DNA from: Heterodontus francisci | Taxonomy: Eukaryota | NCBI RefSeq assembly: GCF_036365525.1 | Contig: NC_090372.1 | Location: 107,920,380-107,984,379, forward strand | Length of the DNA stretch: 64,000 bases | Reading direction: 5' to 3' | In this document: positions 52,700 to 64,000 of the stretch, piece after piece | How the letters are laid out: the number at the start of each line of letters is the position of its first letter | Position numbering within the stretch: position 1 is the stretch's first letter | Program-made: the position numbers and the translations under genes | The notes under the pieces: generated by a model | What the model saw: the letters and a program-made list of their open reading frames with translations, nothing else | The model's database searches: none | Told to the model about the DNA's origin: nothing

Positions 52700-54487
52700 T
52701 TTTCACCCGTTGAGGGAGATTCTTTTCCCATAGGGTGGCAGGAGGAGGCCACCTGGTCATGCAGCAGGGTCACCTCTCTGTTCAGTGGTATCTCCCACTT
52801 CCCCCCTCTTCCTCCTTCTCTCCTACCTCTTGTTCCTCCCCCAATGAGCTGTCTCCTTCCAGGCCCTCACTTTCCTTAAGGTCCACACCTCTCTGGAGGA
52901 CCATGTTATGGACAGTGCAACAGATCACCACAATGACCGAGACCCTTGCAGGAGGACATTGGAGGATGCCACCTGGCCAATCCAGAACCAGATTCACGTC
53001 CTCAGAAACCTATGGGGATTGAGCTACGGAGTGGGACTGGCGGCATAGCTCCATGGAGAGCCGGCATGGACTTGATAGGCCGAATGGCTTCCTTCTGTGC
53101 CGTAAATGACTCAGTGACTCTGACTCTTTGATGGCCTGCTCAATGGTTGGCCTGCTGAGCAGATGACATTGGTTGTTTCATCTCTATGCCTCTGTCTGGG
53201 GCTTTTGTGGAGGGGTCAGTCGTCATCTCATCACTGGATTTCCCTTGTCCACTTGGATCTATTCATGCAGTTTGTGGGATAGAGTGAAGTACCGAGGCAG
53301 CCTGACTGGCAGCTGCCAGGAAAGTGAGCGCGTACATAGAGGAAGTTCTTGTTGTGGTAGAGGACCAGCTGGACATTGAGGCAGTGCAAGCATTCTTGTT
53401 GATGGATCTCACTGGCTGGTTGCAAGGTACCTTGATGGTTACATGGGTGCACGCAATGATGCCTTGCACTTGGGGGAATCCAGTGATGGAGACTGAACCC
53501 AATGCCCCCTGTTCCTGTGCAGGGCCATCTGTATCAATGTGGGTGTAGTCCCTACCCTTCTGAAAAGGGCATCCGTGACCTGCCCGATGGCCTATTGAGA
53601 TTCTGACTGTGAGTTGCCACCTAGGTCCACGGCTGATCTCTGGAATGACCTGGTTGCACAGAAGTTCAGGGCATCTGAGACATTGACGGCTGCAGGTAGG
53701 GGACTGCTTTGGGGGCTGTGAAGCATCAGGTCATCGTGGATCAGAGCACACAGGACCAAGATAGGCTGGATGGCGCATGCCTCCTATGGTATTGGCACTC
53801 AGTCATTTGCAGGTAGCTGACTTTTGGGCTGGGCACTTAATGTCTTGGGTAGTGCCTTCCTACCCTTGCAGCCCCCGCTGTGCTCCTCTGGCCTCCAGCT
53901 GTCCAGGCGGTTGCATCTGCTGAAGCTCATCCTAGCTGCTCTGTCCAATGTCAGAGTAGCCTGTTCCCATCCAAACTCCCTCTGCTGTCCTTTGTGCATT
54001 CACCAGGCCTTCCCATGCCAACCCCAGGTGCCACAGTGATGTTAGTGGGCTCACTTCCCTATCCGGTTTCATCGCACTCTCCAATGTAATATTTAACTCT
54101 TCCAGCTTCAACAGTATCCACACTGAGACACATCTGAGACAGCTAAGCTTTATTTACTGCCTCTGCTTTAATTAAATCTGCCATTCCCATAGCCCTCATG
54201 TCCCTCCACAATCCTCACATCTTCACGACGCTGTCGTGTTCCTTGTGGCTTTTTCCCATTCCCAGACTTTAAAAATAGTTTCCTGCTCCTGACAAGCCTG
54301 TTAATGAACACTTTAATGAGCTCAACAGGCAATTAATTGGACACAGGTGCCTGACCCGTTCCCTCCCTGCCAACTGCAGTTTAAAAATAGCATCGTGCTC
54401 CAGAGGACCAATCGCTGACCTCAGAATGTGATCTTCAAATCGCACTCGCTGCCGTTAATGGTCTCAGCGAGGTTTGAAAATCTGGCC
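52700..54487 (-). mobile_element. Harbinger transposase (HARBI1/DDE_Tnp_4-like) pseudogene with one terminus
   Basis: GFPQVQGIIACTHVTIK, LNVQLV, VRAHFPGS, CCTVHNMVLQRG; terminus gaaaatctggcc. A short CR1-tail fragment is inserted at ~53010-53130. Confidence 0.8.
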
Positions 54488-54877
54488 AGGATGATGCTTG
54501 CCCACAATGCCATCATGATCAAATTGCCTACTGACATTTATGACATTTATCACATGCGGTCACATGTGAAGTATGGGCCCTTTTGCAAAGTACTTGATGG
54601 TAGTTGGTGCACATGGAACCATACTTGAGGGCAAAGAGTCAAAGCCATCAAGAGGATAGAAGAGAAGAAAAGCAGACCAAAAGAAGAAATACTATTAAAA
54701 AAAACTGAATCCTTTAATATGTGTGTTTGAGTATTACAATGGTCACAAGTATCAAGACCTGAAAAGTTGAATGGGGCTTCCATGTTGTGTAGTAAATGAA
54801 CATTGCTCAGTCAATTAATCTGAGAATATCTATCATTAATTTTTATAATATTAATGCCGTATGTTTTTATTTACCAG

Positions 54878-55110
54878 CTAAACGTCCACCATCTCCAGCT
54901 GCTCTTGAAGTTGTGGCTGAATTAGATAATGGCAGTATTTACCTGAAATGTTCCTTTGAGAGCCCAGTCGTAAACAGTTCTCTTGGATTCATTATCGCTT
55001 GGTTCCGACTGGCACCTGATGGAACTAAAGAGGAGCTACGTCAGGAAACAACAGTCCAGACATTTTCTTTCATAGAATTGGATGGAGTAAATCTCAGGCT
55101 TGGGGACAGG
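54878..55110 (+). CDS. VWDE: VWDE coding exon (probable exon 5), 233 bp
   Basis: Acceptor tttaccAG, donor AGG|gtatgt. Encodes (A)KRPPSPAALEVVAEL...KCSF...AWFRL...KEELRQETTVQTFSFIELDGVNLRLGDR, matching VWDE [27 protein letters not shown]. Confidence 0.95.
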
Positions 55111-55121
55111 GTATGTTACAT

Positions 55122-55122
55122 T

Positions 55123-55161
<39 letters not shown>
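55122..55161. repeat. (TA)n(CA)n microsatellite just after the exon donor
   Basis: tatatatata...cacaca, directly visible. Confidence 0.9.
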
Positions 55162-55162
<1 letters not shown>

Positions 55163-57309
55163 AAAGAATGCTTTGAAGCCATTGCTGTCACTTTTTGAAA
55201 TTGAAGCTCTGAAAATGCACAAGCTGTTAGGCCAGGATCGTTCCTACAAGTATTGTTTCTGATGGAGTTTGCCGGGTCATTGGGAGGACACCTCACTTCC
55301 AAGATGCTGTCAGATACCCACCCCACTATGAGTACATCTTGGGTGACTGCCCACCTCCATGCTGTTTGACACATCGGCACCTCCTGTATAATCCAGACAT
55401 TTTCTTTTTAGATCACCCATCTTTCAGCCCCAGATCACTTCCCTCACCTTCAGTGGGGCCCATCTCTATCATTTTCGAGGCTGGTACATCTCACCTAATA
55501 GATCAGCCTCAGGTATTACACTGGGTCCCTTTGGGAACATCACTGGGAGTTCTTGCCCTTCGCCACTTTCACAGCTTCTCCCTCACATATGTGGCCTTTT
55601 AAGGGACTACCAGTGGCTGTGTCAGAAAGCTAAATAGCAATTCACAACTAAAGTTGGGAGCTAGGTCCTGGCCTTGATCCAAGCTGTTCTGCCAAACTCC
55701 TGTTGCAGTTACAACAGCCAAGGGAATTTGGCCTCAGGCATTATTGAAACCGCTAGCCTTTTTTCATGGCCTTATTTACGAAACACAACTGAGATCAGTT
55801 TTGATGAACAAAATTTGTTTGAGGATTGACTTTTTGCTGTGTTTACTGATGTTCCAAACCATCAAGTCAGAGTGTTGTGTTAGTTAGGGAAAGGTGAATG
55901 CTGTGGGAGACTTAAAGAAGGAAGAAAAATATATTTTAAATTGGAGGGGAAAGAAAGCATCATAAAATAGTGACCTTTCTAAAAAACATTTCCAACTATA
56001 AGATTTCTCTTTCAGGGATCATAAAATAGATGACATGATTGAACAACTCAATTTCCTTTGATCCATGCTTACAGATTTAGCTCTCAGCACATGCTGACAG
56101 TTTGCATGACTGGTAGCAGTTTTTTGTTAAATGTCAGCTGTAGCACATTTAGGCAACATTTTACCGAGATCTTCTTTGCCAGAGAAATTGTTTTTGTTTG
56201 CCCTTTGGTTGATAAAATAACATGAACACCTGACTCTATTGAGATGGGATTGGAAAAGGAGAATCAAATGAGTATGTATGTGCGTGAACATTTCAGAATG
56301 AAATATAGATATTGAAAATTGGAAAAGTGGTATCTTCCAATAAGGGAGACAGCTCTATGCACCCTCGCCTACAAATAGCCTAATGACTGCTAAAACTGTT
56401 CATGTGTACACATTTGCAGAAATGGGAAGTACATACAAAGATAGGAAAGAGGGGCAAGTATAAACATGGGACAAAAAAATACAAAGACAATGCAAAAGTA
56501 GGAGAAAGGAAAGGAAATAAGCATTTACAGCGAGCTTTCAACAGCACATATATTTTGAAAACAAGTTTTACAACGCAAATGAGCTATTCGAAGAAACTGC
56601 AACGAAGCAGAAATTGGAAAAAGACAAAATACATTCAAAAATATACAGATATACAAAACTGGTATCTCCGATTCCAAGTCCTCGGTGTGCAGAATTTCAT
56701 ACTGCTGCTTGAGTACCCACTAACAAAATTACAGCAGTCCATTTTACATGTCTAGAAAGTTCCTATTTGGGAACTATCTCCAAATTCTTCGCACAAAAAA
56801 GGAAAAACAGTACATATGTATGGCATTAGAAATTGTCAAACATGAATTGTCCTTCAGCAAACATCCAGTATGACTTTATTGAATAAGATAATGGAAATTG
56901 GTCTTTGGTGAGAGTGCAAAATGGACGATAGTGAATTGGCAGCCCATTTTACAACACATCCATTTTCTTTTTCTTGAAGTTAGTGGAAAAGAAGATTGAG
57001 TGGGGTAAAGAAACAAGTTGCTGATTTGCTGTTGCTCAATTTGCATGATTACCTGAGGCTAATTTCACCTCCAGTCAATGTTTTCCCGAATTTTTTTTTG
57101 GAATGCACGAGCGAATCGTTTAAATGTGCGGCCCCTTTAAATTTTTTGTGCAGCCGCCCATGTATGGTAATTTAAAGGGGCTGACTTGTGTGCGGCCCAT
57201 GTGGGGACTTTCAGGCTGCTGTGTGCTTCCAATGTGTTTCAGTTGCACATTTTAGATATGGCACAATTTTCTATGTTCAACCCAAGATGCTAAATTACTT
57301 CATTTATTC

Positions 57310-60300
57310 GTTTGTGGGATGTACGTGCACTATCAAGGCCAATGTTTATTGTCCATTCCTAATTGCCCATGAGAAATTGCTGAGCCACCATCTGGAAGCA
57401 GTGTGGTCCATGTAATGTAGGTACACCCACAGTACTGTTGGGAAGGGAGTTCCAGGAATTTGATTGAGCAACAATGAAAGAATATAGAAAATATATTTCC
57501 AAGTCAGGATGGTGGATGGTGTGTGACTTGGAGGGAAACTTGCAGGTGGTGGTATTTCCTTGCACCTGTTGCCCTTGTCCATCTAGGTGGTAGAGGTTGT
57601 GGGTTTGGAAGATGCTGTTAAAGTAGCCTTGATGAGTTGATGCAGTGTATTTTATAGATGGTACATACTGTAGCCATGGTGCGCTGTTGTTGGAAGGATT
57701 GAATGTTAAGCTGATGGATTGGGTGCCAATCAATATGGCTGCTTTGTCCTGGATGGTGTCAAGCTTCTTGAGCTTGCACTCTTGAGCTGCACTCATCCTG
57801 GCAAGTGGAGAGTATTCCATCACTTCTGACTTGTGCCTTGTAGATGGTGGAAAGTCTTTGGGGAGTCAGGAGGTGAGATACTTGCCCAGAATACCCAGCC
57901 TCTGACCACTGCTGTAGCCAAAATATTTATGTGGTTGGTTCAGTTAGGTTTCTAGTCAATGGTGAGCTCCATGATGTTGATGGTGGGAGATATAGCAATG
58001 ATAATCCTGTTGAATGTCAAGGGGAGGTGGCTCAATTCTCTCTTGTTGGAGATGGTCATTACCTGGCACATATGTGGCGTGAATGTTACTTGTAACTTAT
58101 CAGCCCAATCCTGAATGTTGACCAGGTCTTCCTGCATGCAGGCACGGACTGCTTCATTACCTGAGGAATTGCGAATGGAACTAAAGATTGTGAATCATCA
58201 GCGAACATCCCCACTTCTGGATTTAAGATGGCAGGAAGATCATAAAGCAGCTGAAGATGGTTGGGCCTAGGACACTGCTGTGAGGAACTTCTACAGTGAT
58301 GTCCTGGGGCTGAGCTGATTGATCATCAACAAATAGAACCATCTTCCCTTGCGCTAGGTAAGACTCTAGCCAGTGGAGAGCTTTCCCCTAATTCCCATTG
58401 ACTTCAGTTTTAGTAGAGTTCCTTAATGCCACACTTGGTCAAATGCTGCCTTGATACAAAGGGAGCCACTCTCACCCCACCTCTGGAATTCAGCTCTTTT
58501 GTCCATATTACTTACGGACCAAGGCTGTAAAGAGGTCTGGATCCGAGTAGTCCAAGCGGAACCCAGATAAGGCTGAAGCATTTGCAACAATCTTCAGTCA
58601 GAAGTGCCGAGTGGATGGTCTATCTCTGCCTCCTACTGAAGTCCCCAGCATCACAGATGCCAGTCTTCAGCCAAATGGATTCACTCCGCGTGATATCAAG
58701 AAACGACTGAAGGTACTGGATACTGCAAAGGCTATGGGCCCTGACAACATTCCGGCAAAAGTACTGAAGACCTGTGCTCCAGAACTTGCCGCGCCTCTAG
58801 CTAAGCTGTTCCAGTACAGCTGCAACACTGGCATCTACCTGGCAATGTGGAAAATTGCCCAGTTATGTCCTGTACACAAAAAGTAGGACAAATCCAACCC
58901 GGCCAGTTACCGCCCCCAATCAGTCCACTCTCGATCATCAGTAAAGTGATGGAAGGTGTCATCAACAGTGCTATCAAATTTCACTTGCTTAGCAATAATC
59001 TGCTCATTGACGCTCAGTTTGGGTTCTGCCAGGGCCACTCAACTCTTGGCCTCATTACGGCGTTGGTTCAAACATGGACAAAAGAGCTGAACTCAGGAGG
59101 TGAAGTGAGAGGGACTGCCCTTGACAGCAAGGCAGCATTTGACTGAGTATGGCATCAAGGAGCCCTAGCAAAACTGGAGTCAATGGGAATCGGGGAAAAC
59201 ACTCCGCTGGTTGGAGTCATAACCTAGCACAAAGGAAGATGGTTGTGGTTGTTGGTGGTCAATCATCTGAGCTCCAGGACCTCCCTGCAGGAGTTTCTCA
59301 GGGTAGTATCCTAGGCCCAACGTCCTTCAACTGCTTCTTCAATGAACTTCCTTCAATTATAAGGTCAGAAGTGGGGATGTTCGCTGATGATTGCACAATG
59401 TTCAGCACCATTCTGAAGTACTGAAGCAGTCCATGTAGAAATGCAGCAAGACCTGGACAACATCCAGGCTTTGGGCTGATAAGTGGCAAGTAACATTAAC
59501 ACCACACAAGTGCCAGGCAATGATTATCTCAAACAAGAGAGAATCTAACTATTTCCCTTTGACATTCAATGGCATTACAATCAACATTCGCGGGCTTACC
59601 GTTAACCAAAAACTGAACTGGAGTAGCCATATAAATACTGTGGCTACATCAGAAGCTAGGAATCTTGCGGCGAGTAGCTCATCTCCTGACTCTCCAGAGC
59701 CTGTCCACCATCTACAAGACACAAGTCAGGAGTGTGATGGAATACTCTCCACTTGCCTGGATGGGTGCAGCTCCAACAACACTCAAGAAGCTCAACACCA
59801 TTAGGACAAAGCAGCCCACTTGATTAGCATCCCATCCACAAACTCTCTCCACCACCAACGCACTGTGGCAGCAGTGTGTACCATCTACAAGATGCACTGC
59901 AGCAACGCACCAAGGCTCCTTAAACAGCATCTTCCAAACCCACGACCTCTACTAACTAGAAGGACAAGGGCAGCAGTTGCATGGAAACACCACCACCCGC
60001 AAGTTCCCCTCCAAGTCACACACCATCCTGACTAGGAACTATATCGCCGTTCCTTCACTGTCGCTGAGTCAAAATCCTTGAACTCCCTTCCTAACAGCAC
60101 TATGGGTGTACCTACCCCACATGAACTGCAGCGGTTCAAGCAGGTGGCTCACCACCACTTTCTCAAGGGCAATTAGGGATGGGCAATAAATGCTGGCTTA
60201 GTCCGCGATGCCCGCATCCCATGAATGAATAAAAAAAATTAAACTGAGCATTGATTAGCAGGTTATTGGTGCGTAATTGCTGCTTGATCGCACTGGCAAT

Positions 60301-61370
60301 GACATTTTCCATCAGTTTGCTAATAGTTGAGGGTAAACTGATGGGCAGTAATTGGTTGAATTGGATTTGTCATGCTATCTGTGGACAGGACATACCTGGG
60401 CAATTTTCCACATTGATGCCAGTGTTGTAGCTGTACTAGAACAGTTTGGGTAGAGGAATGGCTAGTTCTGGAGTACAATTCTTCAGAATCACAGCAAGGA
60501 TGTTGTCGAGAGCCATAGACTTTGCTGTATCCAGTATGCTCATCTGTGATGGTGTGGACCTCAGGAGGAGGTTGAGATGGATCATGCACTCGTCGCTTCT
60601 GGCTGAAGATGAATGCAAATGCTTCAGCCTTGTCCTTTGCACTGACGTGCTGGGCACCCCTGTCATTGAGGATGGGCATGTTTGTAGAGTCCACTCCTCC
60701 TGTTAGTTGTTTAATTGTCCACCACTATTCATGACAGGATGTGGCAGGACTGCAGAGCTTTAATCTGATCGGCCTTGTGCTGCTTCTGGGATGCTTTCCT
60801 GCACTCCCCATTGAACCAGGGTTGGTTACCTGATTTGATCGTAATGGAAGAGTGAGGGATATGCTGGGACATGAGGTTACAGATTATGGTTGAATACAAC
60901 TCTGCTGCTGATGATGGCCCACAGTGCCTCATGGATGCTCAGTTTTGAGTTGCCACACAACGTGATAGAAGGTGTCCTCAGGAGGAGGCTCAGTGGGAAG
61001 ATGGGACTTTGTCTCCCCATGGACTGTACAGTCGTCACTTACACCACTGCTCTCATAGATAGATGCAAGATAGGGCAGTTAAGATTTTCCACAATGCTGT
61101 GGGCCTGGAGTCGGATATAGGCTAGATGGGTAATGACAGCGGATTTTCTCCTCAAAAGGACATTCATGAACCGGATGCAATTTTACGACAATCCGGTCAT
61201 TTCATAATCACCATTACTGCTACTGGCTTTTTATTACAGATTTATTTTAAATAACTGAATTTAAATTCCTCATTTGCCATAGTTGGATTTGAATGCATGT
61301 CTCAGGATCATTAGTACAAGCCTCTGGCTTATTAGTCCAGTAACATAACTGCAATGCTGCTGTATCTGTA
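57310..61370 (-). mobile_element. Older copy related to the tRNA-headed LINE, split by an opposite-strand copy; head at ~61070-61370
   Basis: The host resumes across the insertion (cggaaccca|aactgagcat); the head is similar to the reverse complement of 23750-24030. Confidence 0.78.
58566..60238 (+). mobile_element. 5'-truncated copy of the 23745-27018 LINE family
   Basis: Collinear with 25315-27018 (KAMGPDNIPA, WTKELNS, MFADD) and has the same tail plus A-run. Confidence 0.9.
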
Positions 61371-62305
61371 TTACAAAATACTCAGCTTTCTCATATGAAA
61401 ATCAATCCCACAGAGGTGCCAACTCATATGTTATTTTAAAGATGTGGAATTTCATTTAATATTTTTCCTGTTATTAAACAACATGGGTAGAGTTTCTGCT
61501 TATTTTCACTCATAATATCAACGCATTCTGGGCAGAATCAGCTGAACCAGCACAATAGTGAGTTGCGCCCAAAACCATTGACCTTTGTGTTGTCGAGGAT
61601 CTTTTCCACTGATTCAATTTTCAATTTGCCTGGATCAGGCCCTGCCCACAAAACTGGCCAAGCCACGGGTTGAAATAAAGAGATTTGACTGATTGCGCTG
61701 TTGTGGGAAGTCACTTCAAATGGCACTCATTTTCTTCGATGCACAGATATTAGTAGGCATGTTTTAGAAGTGTTTTCATATCAACAGATATTTACTAGGA
61801 AACTGACTGGTGTACATCAATTAAGCTATTAAATGATTCCTTTTTGTAGCTGTTTTCAATAGTTTTAAATGTGGTTACTCACAGGTGGAGGACTGGACAC
61901 CCTGATGAAAATGTTTTAACCTATTTCAGTAACACTGCACCAGGTTACCACTTTTAAATACATGAAGGAATATGCTTAAAGGAAAAGAATTTTTAAAAAT
62001 GACATTCCGTTGCACTACCCAGTTATACTGGTTCATGGATGGTTTTATGGCTGTGATTCTGCAAATGAATTTTAGCAAAAACTTGAACTGTAATCTAACC
62101 AGTACATTTTGGAGACAGGTTCCTGATTGTGTCCAAAGCAGAAACTCTACCTCACATGTTCAATGGAACAGTAAATTTTGTTCAGTTGCTTAGATCCTCG
62201 CAGAGCAATGATAAAAGCAAGTTTATTCACATTTTTAATTTTAGTCTTACCTGAACTGTACTTATGTTAACTATTATCATGTGTTTTCTCTTCTTGAATT
62301 CACAG

Positions 62306-62395
62306 ATTTACTGCAGGAGTTTAAGTTTCTACTTGGATAGTCCAGATATTCAAGGACCCTCTGCTGAAAGCAAAGAATTTTTTGCTGGTATCAAG
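62306..62395 (+). CDS. VWDE: VWDE coding exon (probable exon 6), 90 bp
   Basis: Acceptor ttcacAG, donor AAG|gtatat. Encodes IYCRSLSFYLDSPDIQGPSAESKEFFAGIK, similar to VWDE IFCSASVFF...ESQEFFAGIK; phase 0-0. Confidence 0.93.
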
Positions 62396-64000
62396 GTATA
62401 TGAAAAAATTACATTAATGTCCAGTCACCACAAGCTTTTATTTTATCCAGCTTTTTTTAGTAACATTCTGCTGGAAAGCTTTATGAGTTCTACGAAAAAA
62501 AACACTAAACTGTGGTATGACAGTCAGTTATTGGAATGCTCTTGGCAGTTTAAAAATGCTATCAAACCTGCAAAGATATAAAACAAAAATACCCCATACT
62601 GTAGATTACAAGATAGGTGGATTAAGATAAAGGTACCATAATAGAAGTTTGGGGAATTAAAGCACAACTTCAAAGTGCAGATGAAATTAATCTGCTGGTG
62701 ATTGAAAGTTAAGACTAAAGCCTTGAATTTCCTCAAAACTTTTGTCAAAACATAACTATCGGGAATTTTCTTGATCATTTGCACAGCCCCCAAGTACCTC
62801 CACTGAAACCCCACTTAGAAAATTTTCCACAATTGCATTTTCTTAAACATCTGTGCTATGTGATGGTTTGATAGTTTTACATTTTAATTTTTGTGACACC
62901 AAGATAAAGAGGGACTTAATGGAGGAAGTTGGCATATGTTCCATGGTTTCCTTGGCCCTGCTTGTTCCTACTTGTTTTATGCCAGTTGAAGGGAACTGAG
63001 TTCATTACTCAGTCCATTACTTGCACAAATGAAGGGAAATATTTCTAAGTTTTGGAAGGAAATAGTGCAATAAGTTTTCATTTACATGTCACAGGTGCAG
63101 CTGTATGGTACAAAAGAAAGAATTGATAAAACTGTATGTTTCATAATTAACAAATGCTTGTCTAATAACATAATTTATTGCATTTCATTAATGAAAACCC
63201 TGTTTCCATATGGTGTTATTTTGCATTTCTTCATTTCCTTTCTGCCAGAATTTTTTTTATGCAACATATGTTAGCTCACACCAGCTATGATTAAAGATCC
63301 CTTAACAGCTCTGTTCAGAAACTGGGCAATCAATGTGCAAAAATATTGATACATAGCTTTTAATTCTATCGAACCAAAGTGATGCTGAACATGAAAGAAA
63401 AGTGGGGCTAGGTTTATTTCCATTTTTATGCACTATGTTTCAATTCCATAATTTCAACAGTTTCACTCATATGCTTTGAAATTAAAGTGGAAAAACCTTT
63501 CTCCAAAAATCTTGCAATAATATAGTACAATCGCAAGATCAGTGACTCAGACCTGTATACCAAACACGTTTGTAGAAAGTCTGAACTACCAGTGTAATTT
63601 TGTTTCTGGTGACCCTCTTGGCCATCTCATGGAACTGGTAGAATTCAATCTTGTTCAGACCTTTGAGGTGCAAAATTCAATTGCACACAAAAATGGGCGC
63701 AGAGATCATGATGCACGATTAACGCGCACCCATTCCTTCCATTGCAGGCCGCATGCAAACTTCGTACTGCCAGCTGATTAATGTGATAGCTTTTGAGTGG
63801 CTGTATGCCTTAGCAGGGGACCGAAGTTTGTGCAAAATTAGTACCATTTGAAGCTAGCCAGCAGTTACATGAAGCCATCCGGCTCCTCTTGAAGGGGAGG
63901 TGCACTTTGGCTGGAGCAGGTGCTGGAAGTGGCTGGGGCAGACTTTCTGAACAGGAAGAACATGACTAATGACACAACAATATAGAGAGCATGCTCCAAG

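Noticed and set aside
56402-56755. 117-aa Lys-rich ORF
   Set aside because: A-rich composition, no recognisable domain and no splice signals compatible with VWDE.

Overview
Eukaryotic, transposon-dense DNA that looks like a cartilaginous fish (shark) genome, judged by HE1-like tRNA SINEs and CR1/HER1-like LINEs. The only host gene I can support is VWDE (von Willebrand factor D and EGF domain protein) on the + strand. Five GT-AG internal coding exons (185, 232, 69, 233 and 90 bp) splice into one open frame; the signal-peptide exon and downstream exons are not evident. The introns are nested TEs: CR1, L2 and RTE LINEs, Gypsy and Copia LTR remnants, Harbinger and hAT derivatives, Penelope-like fragments and SINEs. 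Four observations stand out. (1) An intact sense-strand minimal hammerhead ribozyme lies about 100 nt upstream of a VWDE splice acceptor. (2) A compact LINE family carries a tRNA-like Pol III head and no ORF1, seen in three copies. (3) A CR1 is split into oppositely oriented halves with Penelope-like termini at both junctions, implying an inversion of at least 7.4 kb. (4) An unexplained 2-kb segment is bounded by inverted repeats and sits next to a 51-bp NRF1/CRE-motif palindrome. All family assignments come from motif recognition; no database searches were run.
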